64,000 nt of DNA from an uncultured Planctomycetales bacterium (GCA_964400065.1 CAYNSM010000001.1:16685-80684), one strand, 5' to 3'. Shown: positions 38,365 through 49,479, numbered from the stretch's first letter. Made by a program: numbers and translations. The notes: a model not told the origin generated them from the sequence alone.

Positions 38365-40040
38365 TGGACTCCTAAAGATTTTTGTTTAAGCACCTGTTCT
38401 AAATTTTTTGCTGCAGCCTGAAAATTTGAATCAATGGTTAAAGCGCGGCGAAAATGTTGTTCGGCCTTTTGCAAATCTTTGGCGTAAATCGCGCAAACGC
38501 CCAAATTATTTTCAACACGACTGTCCTCTACAGAGAACAATAAAATCTTTTCATACTCGTCGCTGGCCGCCTGCCAATTCCCAAGCGCCTGCTCACAGCC
38601 AGCAATCCCCAGCAAGCTGTCTTTTAAGAACGAGAGGTAAAACGGTTTGACCCGCTGGTCTTTGATTTTGCCAAGATATTTGAGCATAATATCACGCCCG
38701 ACGCTGTATTCTCCCTTGGCTTGCCGAAAATCGCCGTTGGCATAATAAGCCTGCGCCAAAAGAAGATGCAGCCGGCCTATACCGTTTTCGTATTTAACCG
38801 CTCTTTCAAAAAGAGCAATCTCACCAGCCCAAACTCGCGTTTGCGCTTGCGTTAAAACAACAGCGGCAACAATCGCAAAGGCCATAAAAGTTTTTTTGAC
38901 AATCGGACTTTTTCGACGAAATATTTGCTCCGCAAAATAGTCCAACACAATTAGCAGGCTCCATAAAAGACCCGCCAAAGGCAAATAAAGAAAATGTTCA
39001 AAGGCTGCAATAAAAGAATATTCATGGACTAACGGAACAATACTCGTCGTCGGCAAAAGTGTGAGCGCAAACCATCCTAACCCAAAGCTATAAAGCATCT
39101 GACGATTCTTTGGCAAAATCGTCCAGACTAAAATGCAAACAATCAGCAAAAGAAAAAAACTGACCGCCGGCCAAGCCCAAGGCAAAAGAATGTCATAACT
39201 GCGGTAATAATGCAAATCCGAAGGCCAAAAAACCGTTTGCAAATGATTGAGCATCATCCCCGGAAACGATTTTAGCCTTAAATAAAATTCACCCCAATTG
39301 CTCACAAAAGAAGTCAAGAATTCGCCGACGATAATTTTGCGCCACATAAGATACCCGCCGGCGACAATTAAAAACCCTGCCAACCGAAGCCGCCAGATAT
39401 TATTACTGGTGGTCATAATTCTGGGAAAACAAAATTCATAAAGCAACAAAAGCAGCGGCAAAACAATCGCCTGTTCCTTAGACAAAAGCGCGCAGCCAAA
39501 AAGAACAAGCGCCCCGCTATACGTTGCAGCCTCGTCAACCCAAGTCAATTGAGAAGTTTGATTAGAAATCCGGGTATAGAGCAAAAACGATGCGAGCAGA
39601 AAGAATACAAAAAGCAGATTGGATATTCCGGAAATACACGCGACCGCCTCACTTTGTATCGGATGAACCAAAAACAAAGCTGCCGCACACCATGAAAAAA
39701 TTTCACGTCCCGTCAAACGCAAACCCAAGGCAAAGATCAAAAACGCATTGGCCAGATGAAGCCCGATATTAAGCAGATGATATCCTTGAGGAGCCGGACC
39801 AAACAGCCAATACTCCAGACGATAAACAAGATCCAAAAAAGGGCGGTAATACCCATTGGCGACCGCAATCGATGCGGGCGCAAAAGAACTTTTATTAAAA
39901 ACTTCCGCGATCCCGGTAAGATGATGGACTCCGGGATTTTGCAGAATAAAAACAATATCGTCGTGGACAAACGGATTTCCGACCGCATTAAAATAACACA
40001 ATGCCCCTAAGAGAATAAGCGTTAAAAGTGAAAAACGCAT
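38361..40040 (-). CDS. polytopic membrane protein with C-terminal TPR repeats (TMTC/DUF1736-like)
   Basis: YYRPF...HLLN N-terminal signature and about 10 TM helices. TPR repeats at the C-terminus. Confidence 0.65.
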   Translation of the reverse strand: MRFSLLTLILLGALCYFNAVGNPFVHDDIVFILQNPGVHHLTGIAEVFNKSSFAPASIAVANGYYRPFLDLVYRLEYWLFGPAPQGYHLLNIGLHLANAFLIFALGLRLTGREIFSWCAAALFLVHPIQSEAVACISGISNLLFVFFLLASFLLYTRISNQTSQLTWVDEAATYSGALVLFGCALLSKEQAIVLPLLLLLYEFCFPRIMTTSNNIWRLRLAGFLIVAGGYLMWRKIIVGEFLTSFVSNWGEFYLRLKSFPGMMLNHLQTVFWPSDLHYYRSYDILLPWAWPAVSFFLLLIVCILVWTILPKNRQMLYSFGLGWFALTLLPTTSIVPLVHEYSFIAAFEHFLYLPLAGLLWSLLIVLDYFAEQIFRRKSPIVKKTFMAFAIVAAVVLTQAQTRVWAGEIALFERAVKYENGIGRLHLLLAQAYYANGDFRQAKGEYSVGRDIMLKYLGKIKDQRVKPFYLSFLKDSLLGIAGCEQALGNWQAASDEYEKILLFSVEDSRVENNLGVCAIYAKDLQKAEQHFRRALTIDSNFQAAAKNLEQVLKQKSLGVQ

Positions 40041-40046
40041 TACCGT

Positions 40047-41045
40047 CTATTTCTTCCAATCAAATTTTGCCAGGATACGGCTCATATCCATATTAATTGT
40101 TTCATGAATTGACAAATTGTCTTTTTTGTTCTCTAAGGTCACGCTAACGCCGGCTACTCTCTCATTGAGTTTAAGAATTCTAACCTGGGCATTATCAAAC
40201 TCGATTTTGCCTTTTTTCTCGATCGAATCTGTTATCTTGCCAAGAGTTTCTTCGTCAACAATATACCCGCTTATCTTTTTGCCAAGATTCGTCGACAGAG
40301 TGCCTCCTTTAGGAATTTCGGCAAAAATAGCCAAAACGGCAATCAACCCTTCGGCCCGGCTAAACTTTAAAGTCCCGTTAAAGTCCCCGCTAACTTGCGC
40401 AAAAAGCCTTTTATTAAACAACGCTAATTCCGTACTTTTCATGTCCCAAAATTCAATGTTGATTTCTTCCGAAACCTTAGGCGTAAACGTCAAACTGATT
40501 TTTCCCTTTGCCCCACCGCCATAAGCCTGGGCCTTGAATTCGGGAATTTTGACACTCTGGCGACTGGCCTCAATACGCGCCTGGATCCCCGTCAACTTAT
40601 AAGGAGCAATTTTTATTGCCGCCTGGCGCAGGACAATTAAACAATTATCGAATGATTTATCGTTGAGATTAACCGTCAAACCTGCAGACGCGTTGAGAAT
40701 TTCCCAATCTTTCTTGTGAATATCAACGCCCGAAAGATCGATCAAAGCCTGTTGCTGCGTTCTGATAAACGTTTGAAAATTTAAAAAATCCAATTCTGCA
40801 ATCGCAAGCTCGTAGGTCTCGTTTTCCCACTGAAACTCGGCACGGATATTATAAAGCTTCAAAACTTCCGGGTACGCAATCGACTGGCCGCCGATTCGCA
40901 AAGAATTCAACGTCACTTCTTTAACATATTTTTCAATAAACGCCGGGGCGGCTTTTTGCACCAAAGCCGGCGTATAAAACGCATAGTAAAATGCGCCGAC
41001 CAAAAGGGCAAACATCATCATCGTCAAAACGAAAATACTACGCAT
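40047..41045 (-). CDS. membrane-anchored hypothetical protein
   Basis: N-terminal TM segment followed by a 300-aa soluble domain. Sits upstream of the Hpt gene. Confidence 0.5.
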   Translation of the reverse strand: MRSIFVLTMMMFALLVGAFYYAFYTPALVQKAAPAFIEKYVKEVTLNSLRIGGQSIAYPEVLKLYNIRAEFQWENETYELAIAELDFLNFQTFIRTQQQALIDLSGVDIHKKDWEILNASAGLTVNLNDKSFDNCLIVLRQAAIKIAPYKLTGIQARIEASRQSVKIPEFKAQAYGGGAKGKISLTFTPKVSEEINIEFWDMKSTELALFNKRLFAQVSGDFNGTLKFSRAEGLIAVLAIFAEIPKGGTLSTNLGKKISGYIVDEETLGKITDSIEKKGKIEFDNAQVRILKLNERVAGVSVTLENKKDNLSIHETINMDMSRILAKFDWKK

Positions 41046-41068
41046 AGCCCTGCCCTTTTAACATGTAG

Positions 41069-41422
41069 TTAAGCACCAAATTCTTTTTTAATCTCAGCGA
41101 TACGGCCTTGAAGATTTTTGAAACTTTCGTCGAGCACAGGCAAAGCGGCTTGTGTGGCGGCGATGTCTTTTTTGGCACAAAGCTCTTCGATATTAACGCA
41201 AACCGCATGCAGGGCCTTTGCTGAAATATTTCCGGCCGCCCCTTTGATCGAATGCACAAGGTCCTTGATCAGCTCAATGTTCTTTTCGGCAATGGCTTTT
41301 TTTAACGTTTGGGTCTTTTGCAAATAATCTTTCGTGAAAATGTCAAAAAGCTCCAGCAAAAGTTCTTTATCTTCCTGTACACGTTCCAACACTTCCTCAA
41401 GATCAATAACTTTTTCGCTCAT
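41069..41422 (-). CDS. Hpt histidine phosphotransfer protein
   Basis: HSIKGAAGNISA Hpt signature. 117 aa. Confidence 0.8.
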   Translation of the reverse strand: MSEKVIDLEEVLERVQEDKELLLELFDIFTKDYLQKTQTLKKAIAEKNIELIKDLVHSIKGAAGNISAKALHAVCVNIEELCAKKDIAATQAALPVLDESFKNLQGRIAEIKKEFGA

Positions 41423-41444
41423 ACCATTCCTTTTTTAAAACTGA

Positions 41445-43739
41445 TTAAACAACATTTTCGACCGCCTCATAAAGTTTTTGCCGATCGATTGGTTTCGTAA
41501 CATAGCCGTCCATCCCCGCATCCAGACATTTTTGCCGATCACCGGCCATCGCATGAGCGGTAAGAGCAACAATCGGAATATGCTTACCAGTTTTTTTCTC
41601 CGCTTCACGGATCAAACGAGTGGCTTCAAAACCATCTAAAACAGGCATCTGGGCATCCATCAAAATCACATCAAACGGCTCCTGTTCAAGATACTCGAGA
41701 ACTTGTTTTCCGTTTTCAGCCCCCTTAACAAACCATCCTTTTTTTTCGAGCATTTTGGCGGCAATTTTTTGATTGACCAAATTGTCCTCCGCAAGCAAAA
41801 TTTTAACAGCCTTGGCTTCTTTGGCAGCAACCGTCGCTTGGTTAACTTCAGGCAAAACAGCCGCTTGCCCATTTTGTCCGATACGAAACTTTGCGGTAAA
41901 AATAAATGTACTGCCCTGAAACTCTTCGCTTTCCACCCAAATCCGGCCGCCCATCATTTCGACGAGCCTCTTGGAAATCGCCAACCCCAAACCCGTCCCG
42001 CCAAAACGACGTGTTGTCGAAGCATCTGCCTGCGTAAAAACTTCAAAAATTGTTTCTAATTTATCCTGAGCAATCCCAACCCCCTGATCTTTAACTGAAA
42101 ACTGCAATTGACAAACTGCGTCGGTCACATCAAGCAATTTGACAGTTGTAACAATCTGCCCCTGAAACGTAAATTTAATCGCATTATTGATAAGATTGAC
42201 CAAAATCTGGCGTATTCTCACCGGATCTCCGATTAACGTCGATGGAATATTCTCATCGACTTGCCGAACAAGCTCGATCTTTTTATTGCGCGACAAAACT
42301 TCGAGCCCCTTGCACACGCTCTGCAAAATATTGGGAATGCTTAATTCGATATTCTCCAACTGGATCTTGCCAGACTCCACACGCGAAAGGTCAAGAATAT
42401 CATTGAGCAAACTCAAAAGAATATCGCCGGCGTTTTTGATCGTCGTCAAATTGTCCCGCTGCTCAGGCGAAAGCTGGGTATCCAAAGTCAAATCCACAAG
42501 CCCCAAAATCGTATTCATCGGGGTGCGGACCTCATGCGACATGTTGGCCAAAAACAAACTTTTTGAATTATTCGCCTCCTCAGCGGCAATCTTAGCTTTG
42601 ACCAGCATTTGCTCGACGCGCTTTCGTTCGGTAATATCCTGCATGATTCCAACCGACCCGACGATACTGCCATTGGAATCCTTAAGAATATTGACCGAAA
42701 GGTCCACATCAATCAATGTCCCGTCTTTTTTTAACGCAAATGTTTCAAAATGATGGCGTGAACCGCTCTTGCGGATATCGGCCGCGCGGATCTTTTCCCA
42801 TTCGGAGGGCGGATAAAGCACACTAACAGGCTGCAAATAAAGATCGTCCTTGGACTTATCGAGCATCTGTTCAGTAAAGCGGTTCCAGGTAATTATCCGT
42901 TCTTGTTCATCGGTCAAAGTAATCGCCGCAGCCGAGTGATCGAGAATAATACGGATTTTGGCCTCGGATTCCCGAATTTTGCGTTCTGCAATTTTTTGTT
43001 TGGTCATATCACGCAAAATCACAATCGACCCGTTTAATCGATTCTGAGGGTCCTTAATAAATGACAGCGAAAGCCCGACGTCCAAGACAGTGCCGTCTTT
43101 TTTATAAACCTGCGTCTCAATTTCTGTTATCCCCTCGCTGTCTTTGGCGCGTATTGCAAGGACCCGCTCCCATTCATTGGGTGCAAAAAGCTCACTAAAT
43201 TCTTTGTTAAAAAGATCAATTTTTTCAACACCAAGCATCTGTTCGACAAAAGGATTCCAGGCGGTGACCCGTCCAGCCGCATCGGCCACAAGAATTGCCA
43301 CCGCCGAGTTATTAAAAACATTCTGAAAAATTTCTTTCGATTCTTCGAGATCTTTTTGCGCGCGCTTGCTATCGGTAATATCCTGTAATATCCCGTCGAC
43401 AAAAAGAGGTTTTCCTTTGCCCTCTTTGACAGCAACCAAAGACAAACTGCAGGACAAAAGACGTTTGGCCTTGGTCAAAATTTCAATCTCGGCGATAGTC
43501 GCAGACTTTTCTTTCGCCGCCGTCTGCACCAAAGCAAGTCCGATTTTTTTGTCTAAAAGAATATCCTCAAACCATAACGCCTCTAACTCCAAACGCGAAT
43601 AAGAAAGCATACGGCAGAAGCACTCATTGACAAAAACAAAAGGGTGCTTATCCTGCAGCTTGATCCTAAAAACGCCCAACGGCATCGCATCAAGCAAACC
43701 AGAAACTTCCGAAGATACTGTCTGAGAAAGATCACTCAT
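41445..43739 (-). CDS. hybrid sensor histidine kinase (multi-PAS, HisKA, HATPase, C-terminal REC)
   Basis: H-box [15 protein letters not shown]-boxes [10 protein letters not shown], and a receiver ([11 protein letters not shown]...[12 protein letters not shown]...KP). Confidence 0.9.
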   Translation of the reverse strand: MSDLSQTVSSEVSGLLDAMPLGVFRIKLQDKHPFVFVNECFCRMLSYSRLELEALWFEDILLDKKIGLALVQTAAKEKSATIAEIEILTKAKRLLSCSLSLVAVKEGKGKPLFVDGILQDITDSKRAQKDLEESKEIFQNVFNNSAVAILVADAAGRVTAWNPFVEQMLGVEKIDLFNKEFSELFAPNEWERVLAIRAKDSEGITEIETQVYKKDGTVLDVGLSLSFIKDPQNRLNGSIVILRDMTKQKIAERKIRESEAKIRIILDHSAAAITLTDEQERIITWNRFTEQMLDKSKDDLYLQPVSVLYPPSEWEKIRAADIRKSGSRHHFETFALKKDGTLIDVDLSVNILKDSNGSIVGSVGIMQDITERKRVEQMLVKAKIAAEEANNSKSLFLANMSHEVRTPMNTILGLVDLTLDTQLSPEQRDNLTTIKNAGDILLSLLNDILDLSRVESGKIQLENIELSIPNILQSVCKGLEVLSRNKKIELVRQVDENIPSTLIGDPVRIRQILVNLINNAIKFTFQGQIVTTVKLLDVTDAVCQLQFSVKDQGVGIAQDKLETIFEVFTQADASTTRRFGGTGLGLAISKRLVEMMGGRIWVESEEFQGSTFIFTAKFRIGQNGQAAVLPEVNQATVAAKEAKAVKILLAEDNLVNQKIAAKMLEKKGWFVKGAENGKQVLEYLEQEPFDVILMDAQMPVLDGFEATRLIREAEKKTGKHIPIVALTAHAMAGDRQKCLDAGMDGYVTKPIDRQKLYEAVENVV

Positions 43740-44026
43740 TTTCTTAATTTAATATTTTTCAAAACGGCGACAAGATTGATCATTCCAACTAAAACGGTTA
43801 AGGCGCTTAGAGAATAACAAAAAACCAAATTCCACACCCCAGAGCTCATCGACGGAATAAACGGCCCTATGCTCAAACGCAATACCCACAGGCCAAGAAA
43901 GATTGCACAGCCAGCTAACAGAAACACTAAGAACGACAACAAAAAAGAAATGACAATGACATAACAGTTGTAAAGAAATAGATTTCCCGACGAAATTTTG
44001 CTGGCAATCATTCCGATCCGTTCCAT
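43736..44026 (-). CDS. small membrane protein
   Basis: 2-3 hydrophobic helices. ATGA-type 4-nt overlap with the hybrid kinase start. Confidence 0.4.
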   Translation of the reverse strand: MERIGMIASKISSGNLFLYNCYVIVISFLLSFLVFLLAGCAIFLGLWVLRLSIGPFIPSMSSGVWNLVFCYSLSALTVLVGMINLVAVLKNIKLRK

Positions 44027-44040
44027 AAACTCTCCGCTGA

Positions 44041-44658
44041 TTAACGTTCGAATTTAACAACATTCTGCCACCAAAGGTGGCTGTCCCATGTTTCGATCGT
44101 CGCCCACATTTTTTGCGCACTTTTGGTTTTCAAATATTCCGGTGCCCGCTTAAAAAAAAGTTTGGCGCCCTGGTGCCCGCGATCGTAATATTCCTTAGCT
44201 TGCAACAGGCATTCTAAAATATCCGCATCGCGAGCGACAATGCTTTCTGGCGTTGTCTGCTCGTCGTAATCTTTGCGCATTTTTTCGAGGACAATACCGA
44301 TTTTTTGATCAAGCTGCGCAACCTGGTCTTTAAAAACTTTTTTCTCGGCATCTTTAAAGTCAATGTAGTAATGGCCCATTTTGTGCAAATCGTTAATGCG
44401 CGCCTCGTGAATGTCATTAAAAAGCGCCATGACGACGACCTTGTAAGGGTCCAAATTTTCTAAATGGGCCAGATAAAATCCGATGACCGCCGTGCGAAAA
44501 CAATGTTCAGCCACCGACTCAGGTTCCTTGATGCCGGCAACCCACCAGCCGCTTCGCTTGACATGTTTCAAAAGTCCAGCCTCGGCAAAGAAATCGACCG
44601 CCGCCCTCAAAGACGGCTGGGACTTTTTTTTCTGAATTTGCGATGTTGTTTTTTTCAT
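44041..44658 (-). CDS. HD-domain hydrolase (YfbR-like)
   Basis: H...HD...D metal motif context (AEHCFRTAVIG, FNDIHEARINDL). Confidence 0.75.
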   Translation of the reverse strand: MKKTTSQIQKKKSQPSLRAAVDFFAEAGLLKHVKRSGWWVAGIKEPESVAEHCFRTAVIGFYLAHLENLDPYKVVVMALFNDIHEARINDLHKMGHYYIDFKDAEKKVFKDQVAQLDQKIGIVLEKMRKDYDEQTTPESIVARDADILECLLQAKEYYDRGHQGAKLFFKRAPEYLKTKSAQKMWATIETWDSHLWWQNVVKFER

Positions 44659-45404
44659 TTTTTCTGTGTTTTTAAATGTTCTTTATATTGAGTTCTTTGT
44701 CGCGAAATTTCATAACATAAAATCGTCGTCGCATGGGCCGCGTTAAACGACATGCGATCATGCGCCATCGGGATTGTAATCGCAAGATCCAAATGTTTGA
44801 CGATAACATCCCGGATCCCTTTTTGTTCCGACCCGATCACCACTGCTAGCGGAAACTGGAATTGGGTCTTTATTAAATCTTCTCCGTTTTTGACGACCGA
44901 TCCGGCAATCCAAAAACCCTCTTCTTTCGCTTTTGTAATTGCAACGGCGATATTGGCGACTTTAGCTACAGCAACATAATTATCCCCGCCGCAGGCGACG
45001 CGCAAAACGGTCTCGGTCACTTCAACCGAGTGATGCGTCGGCAAAACAATATAAAAATGGCCAAGGCAACCTAGGCTGCGCATAATTCCACCAAGATTCT
45101 GCGGGTCATTAAGCTCATCTAAAAAAACCAATGTTCCGTGTTTTTCTTTTGCCTGCGCTAGAAGATCAGGAAACGGCAAATATGAAAACCCTTCCACCTC
45201 GGCGAGCAAGCCCTGGGAGTTGACATCACGCGCAAGTTTGAGCATCTTAGAGGCGGGGACCATCGTCACAGGCAAGCCAAACTGCTTGGCCTTCTGATTA
45301 ACATACGCTGAGTCTGGATGGCCATGCTCAACAAAAATCCGCTTGATGCTGCGCGGGTTGGACTTGATTCTTTCTAAAACTGGATTGCGTCCGTATAGTC
45401 TCAT
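44655..45404 (-). CDS. rlmB: 23S rRNA (guanosine-2'-O)-methyltransferase RlmB
   Basis: SpoU_sub_bind N-domain plus SPOUT core (FLDELNDPQNLGGIMRS...VIGSEQKG). Confidence 0.85.
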   Translation of the reverse strand: MRLYGRNPVLERIKSNPRSIKRIFVEHGHPDSAYVNQKAKQFGLPVTMVPASKMLKLARDVNSQGLLAEVEGFSYLPFPDLLAQAKEKHGTLVFLDELNDPQNLGGIMRSLGCLGHFYIVLPTHHSVEVTETVLRVACGGDNYVAVAKVANIAVAITKAKEEGFWIAGSVVKNGEDLIKTQFQFPLAVVIGSEQKGIRDVIVKHLDLAITIPMAHDRMSFNAAHATTILCYEISRQRTQYKEHLKTQKK

Positions 45405-45676
45405 GGCACCATCTCAGTTGCCGCGCTGGGCGTATTTTGGTTTTGGATCAAATCCCGACGGCCATCAATCTGTTTTTGATAATCTTCTTCAATCCGTTTT
45501 TTATCCTCAAGATATTGCACGTAGCTGATCTTTTTTTGCAGATAATCTTTTTCGAGCTGCTCTAACTGCATCTTATATCCGCTAAACTGCTCATCACGGA
45601 TAATATTTTTGATCGGCCCCGGCGCTGCGCATCCGACAATAAACAATACCACACAACTAACCATCAACCGTTTCAT
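45401..45676 (-). CDS. small lipoprotein
   Basis: LFIVGC lipobox. 91 aa. Confidence 0.5.
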   Translation of the reverse strand: MKRLMVSCVVLFIVGCAAPGPIKNIIRDEQFSGYKMQLEQLEKDYLQKKISYVQYLEDKKRIEEDYQKQIDGRRDLIQNQNTPSAATEMVP

Positions 45677-46437
45677 ACCGCCTCCTCTGCTGTCATAAAA
45701 TTACCAAATTTAAGAAAAAACGGAAAAACCAAAATAACCACAATCGTCATCAGAGCCAAAATCGAAAACCAAATACACATCACATCAAAAAACCATCCGA
45801 TACCGCTACGACGAGAGCACAGGTCCTTGTAAGCACTACGCTTGCCGCTGCGAATCTTTTTATACGCGCTTTCCTTGATCAGGCCTTCGGTCTTGTTGAG
45901 GTTTCCGTTTAAAATCTCCTTAACGATTCTCGAATACTCCATGTTGTATTCACATTCTGCCGAATTATGCAATTGAGTCGCATGGACTTGATGAAATTTC
46001 CAACCGCACTTTGTGCAATACGCATTATAGGACAAACGAATATAAATAGAGTCTAAAGTATTAAGGACAACCCAAGGCAGCGTAAGAAAAGACGTTAAAT
46101 TCAGTGGCTGAACGAGAAGACGTTTAAAATCGCGCCCCATCTTAAAGTGATTGCGGCTAAAATCGTACAAAAACTTAAATGTCCTGACTTTAAAATATGT
46201 TCCGATAACATATTGGGCCCGCAAATATTCGCCTAATTCCCAATCCGACAAAATCTGTTTTAGCGTCGAGACTTCACGCTTGATATCTCCGCCGACTAAG
46301 TTAGGGTCAAAATCCTTTTCATCTCGAAACCCTACCGTGTCGTCACGTTCAACTTTCAACAAATCCGTGTCGCAATACAAACACTGTTTGCGTTCGTCAT
46401 TATGAAAAACAATTTTACAGCGGCTGCACTTTTTCAT
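45673..46437 (-). CDS. zinc-ribbon protein with C-terminal TM helix
   Basis: CSRC...CLYC N-terminal zinc ribbon and a hydrophobic C-terminus. Start at MKKCSRC gives an ATGA overlap with the GT2 gene. Confidence 0.5.
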   Translation of the reverse strand: MKKCSRCKIVFHNDERKQCLYCDTDLLKVERDDTVGFRDEKDFDPNLVGGDIKREVSTLKQILSDWELGEYLRAQYVIGTYFKVRTFKFLYDFSRNHFKMGRDFKRLLVQPLNLTSFLTLPWVVLNTLDSIYIRLSYNAYCTKCGWKFHQVHATQLHNSAECEYNMEYSRIVKEILNGNLNKTEGLIKESAYKKIRSGKRSAYKDLCSRRSGIGWFFDVMCIWFSILALMTIVVILVFPFFLKFGNFMTAEEAV

Positions 46438-47165
46438 TTTTTTATTCCCAGCCCCAAATAAAAGATCGGTTTTAAAATACTCCACCAACCGACAATCGGC
46501 TTCATTTTTGTATACCCCAAACTTTTGGCCGGATAAATTTTTGTGACAGGCGCCTCACAGAAACGATAGCCTAAACGAATGGTTTTAAAAAGGATGTATG
46601 GCTCTAACTCATAAGTATCAAGCCACTTCTGGTCAATGTTTAAGCGTTTATCTTTAAACAAAGAAAGCCGTATGGCCCTAAAACCATTGGTGCTGTCGGT
46701 GACCGTATGCCCCACAAAAACCGAAAGAAGAAACGGATGCAAACGCGTTGCCCATTTGCGATAAAACGGCATGTCTCCGCCAATACGATTGCCACCTAAA
46801 TAGCGCGAACCCTGGACCAAATCAAAACCGCGCTTTAGTATCGGTTCAAGAATAATCGGAATTTCATCCGGGTTATCTTTATCATTCCCGGCCATGATGA
46901 CCAAAACATCATAACCTTTTTCGATGGCGTATTTGATGGCCGTGCGTATCGCAGCTCCAACCCCTCGACGCTGTGTGTGGCGGATTGTCTTGACAGCTTG
47001 CGCGTCAAAAGAGTGGATCATTTCGCTTGTGCCATCATCGGAGCCGTCATCGACAATCAAATAATCCACTTGATTTACAACAGGCGATTTTAAAAACCGC
47101 TCAATGACCTTTCGAAGCTTGACATGTTCATTGTAGGCAACCGGAGAAACCAAACATTTATTCAT
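46434..47165 (-). CDS. family 2 glycosyltransferase (polyprenyl-phosphate sugar transferase-like)
   Basis: YLIVDDGSDDGT and DxD-type motifs. 243 aa. Confidence 0.85.
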   Translation of the reverse strand: MNKCLVSPVAYNEHVKLRKVIERFLKSPVVNQVDYLIVDDGSDDGTSEMIHSFDAQAVKTIRHTQRRGVGAAIRTAIKYAIEKGYDVLVIMAGNDKDNPDEIPIILEPILKRGFDLVQGSRYLGGNRIGGDMPFYRKWATRLHPFLLSVFVGHTVTDSTNGFRAIRLSLFKDKRLNIDQKWLDTYELEPYILFKTIRLGYRFCEAPVTKIYPAKSLGYTKMKPIVGWWSILKPIFYLGLGIKK

Positions 47166-47172
47166 AAAAAAT

Positions 47173-47742
47173 CTATTCTTTAGGACGGAGTTTGTTTTCT
47201 AGAAACAAGAATTGTTTGCGGCAGGCAGCGCAATAATAGTCAGCAGAAAGCTTGCGCCCGCAGAGGCAAGCATAACCCAAACAACGGCCCGGATTGCCGG
47301 CAACAATTTCAAAATCGCCGACACTTTTAGTGACCACGCTGCCGGCACCCACAACCGCATATTGCCCGATGGTAATCCCGCACAAAATAACGGCATTGCT
47401 GCCAATCGAAGCCCCGCACTTTACGAGTGTTTTTTCCAAAACCCACGGATCCCGTCGCAAAGCGCGCGGATGACGGTCATTGGTAAACGCCGCATTGGCC
47501 CCGCAAAAAACATTGTCCTCGATCGTCACACCTTCAAAAACATTGACGCCGTTTTTTAAGGTCACATGATTTCCAACGACAGCCCCTTTTTCGATATAAC
47601 AGCCGTCGCAAATATTGCAATCCTCGCCGATCATCGCCCCCTCCTGGATGTTGGCAAAAGCCCAGATCCGCGTGCGATTTCCAATCTGCGCTTTGGGACT
47701 GACCAAAGCGGTGGGATGTTTGAAAAATTTCTTTTTTATCAC
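47173..47742 (-). CDS. hexapeptide-repeat sugar N-acetyltransferase with C-terminal Cys-rich tail
   Basis: Left-handed beta-helix repeats. GTG start with a GGAGAT RBS and a GTGA overlap with the upstream dehydrogenase stop. C-terminal CLGYACLCG...CAAC. Confidence 0.75.
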   Translation of the reverse strand: MIKKKFFKHPTALVSPKAQIGNRTRIWAFANIQEGAMIGEDCNICDGCYIEKGAVVGNHVTLKNGVNVFEGVTIEDNVFCGANAAFTNDRHPRALRRDPWVLEKTLVKCGASIGSNAVILCGITIGQYAVVGAGSVVTKSVGDFEIVAGNPGRCLGYACLCGRKLSADYYCAACRKQFLFLENKLRPKE

Positions 47743-48755
47743 GCTATCTCCACGGGTGCGCCACCTTGCTGAATCGAACGCTGTGTCGCACATAACGTGC
47801 GGACAACATAATAACCCTTTTGGGCATCCGCACGTTCTGGTTGTTTATGGTTCAAAACGCAATCGATAAAATACTGCGCCTGTACTTTGAGCGGTTCGTG
47901 AAATCCCATATTAGGGATCGTGATGCTTCCCTCGCGCGAGAGCAGCTGAAATTCGCCGTAACTTTCATAAAATTTACTCGTGCGTTCGACGTGTTTGTCA
48001 TAGAGACGAATCGGCCCCAAATTATCCAAATCGTCCCAAACAACCATTTTTTTGTCGCCGACAATTGTAATCTGGCGCACCTTTTTAGGGTCCAGCCAGC
48101 TGACATGAACATTGACCAAAATGTTTCCCGGATACTCCAACGAGGCGAAAGCCACATCTTCAAGACTTTGCCCCAAATATTTCTGGCCGCAAGATGAAAC
48201 TTTCAAAGCTGATGAATCAAACAAAAAATCAAAAATGGAAATATCATGCGGCGCCAAATCCCAAAGCGCATTGACATCGTAGCGAAAAGGTCCCAAATTT
48301 GTGCGCTGCGAATGGGCATACTGGATCTTTCCTAGCTCGCCGGAATTAATATATTCCTTAAGCCGCACAATGCCCTGATTAAAAACAAAGATGTGACCCA
48401 CCATAAGTAGTTTTTGTTTTTGGCTAGCGAGTTCTTTTAACTGCAAACATTCTTGCGGGTCTAGCGCCAGCGGCTTTTCGCACAAGACATGCTTGCCGTG
48501 CTCGAGCGCTTCTTTCGAAAACTGAAAATGCGTATTAGTAGGGGTTGCAATACACACCGCGTCAATATCCGGGTCGGTTAAAATTTCGCGATAATTTTTT
48601 GTCGTCTTGATCGTCGGGAAAAGTGCCTTAATCGACTTTAGTCGCGCTTCGTCCAAATCCGCACAGATCACCACTTGCGAATTGGCCACCTGGCTAAAAA
48701 TACGGATATGGTTAGGGCCCCAATGGCCGCAACCGATAATGCCTAAACGAATCAA
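47739..48755 (-). CDS. Gfo/Idh/MocA-family sugar dehydrogenase (WbpB-like)
   Basis: IRLGIIGCGHWG Rossmann start. TTG start preceded by AGGGAGGAAA. The ORF-track ATG at 48809 adds a non-conserved leader. Confidence 0.8.
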   Translation of the reverse strand: MIRLGIIGCGHWGPNHIRIFSQVANSQVVICADLDEARLKSIKALFPTIKTTKNYREILTDPDIDAVCIATPTNTHFQFSKEALEHGKHVLCEKPLALDPQECLQLKELASQKQKLLMVGHIFVFNQGIVRLKEYINSGELGKIQYAHSQRTNLGPFRYDVNALWDLAPHDISIFDFLFDSSALKVSSCGQKYLGQSLEDVAFASLEYPGNILVNVHVSWLDPKKVRQITIVGDKKMVVWDDLDNLGPIRLYDKHVERTSKFYESYGEFQLLSREGSITIPNMGFHEPLKVQAQYFIDCVLNHKQPERADAQKGYYVVRTLCATQRSIQQGGAPVEIA

Positions 48756-48972
48756 GGTTTCCTCCCTTTTGTCAGTGCACCAGTAAAATTCTATCGCCAT
48801 TATAGGCAAATAAGTTTAAGTTAAAAATAATAATTTTTTATATTTATTGTAGAATACAAAAACAACGCCTATATCTTTAACGAATTCAAAAATCCTTTTA
48901 AGGCGAATTGCGCCATAGAGGCGCCAATCAATTGAGCCGCAAAAGGATTTTTGGATTCGTTAACACAAGCTA

Positions 48973-49479
48973 ATGCTAACAATAAATAAAAAGTTTTTAA
49001 TTTTTGTACACCTTTGGAAAGCACCGCTGTTTTTAGCTACCGCGTCTTTGCTCTTGGCCTTTAATCTTTTTTGCTCAGCCAAAGAAACGGTAAAAATGTC
49101 CCAAGTCCGCAAGCGTATTGCCTATACATTTTTAGGCGACCGCTTTCGCGGGCTTAGGTCCTTTATCGGCAACGCTCCTTATATTGGCTACGCGACCGAT
49201 AAAAATCTCGACGACAATCGCAACGCTATGCAGTTTGCGCAAGCTCAGCTGGTTTTGGCACCAACGATTCTTGACTTAAATAATATGTCCCACGAATTTG
49301 TCATTTTTGATTACACAACGCCACAGGCCGCAGTTAAGAAAATCAAAGAACTCAAATTACAAGCGCTCAAAGCTAACCAATATGGAATCATTCTCGTGCA
49401 CAATCCAAACACCAGTATTATTTACAAAGCTGACGAGAACGAAACGTTTAATAAAATCCAGCATACACAAATGCCATGA
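48973..49479 (+). CDS. hypothetical exported protein
   Basis: Signal/TM N-terminus. ATGA overlap with the downstream membrane gene. Confidence 0.45.
   Translation: MLTINKKFLIFVHLWKAPLFLATASLLLAFNLFCSAKETVKMSQVRKRIAYTFLGDRFRGLRSFIGNAPYIGYATDKNLDDNRNAMQFAQAQLVLAPTILDLNNMSHEFVIFDYTTPQAAVKKIKELKLQALKANQYGIILVHNPNTSIIYKADENETFNKIQHTQMP

Noticed and set aside
43749-44120. 123-aa ORF overlapping the HD-hydrolase 3' end
   Set aside because: It is in a different frame overlapping a well-supported gene. The alternative 96-aa hydrophobic ORF (43736-44026) fits the 4-nt-overlap pattern better.
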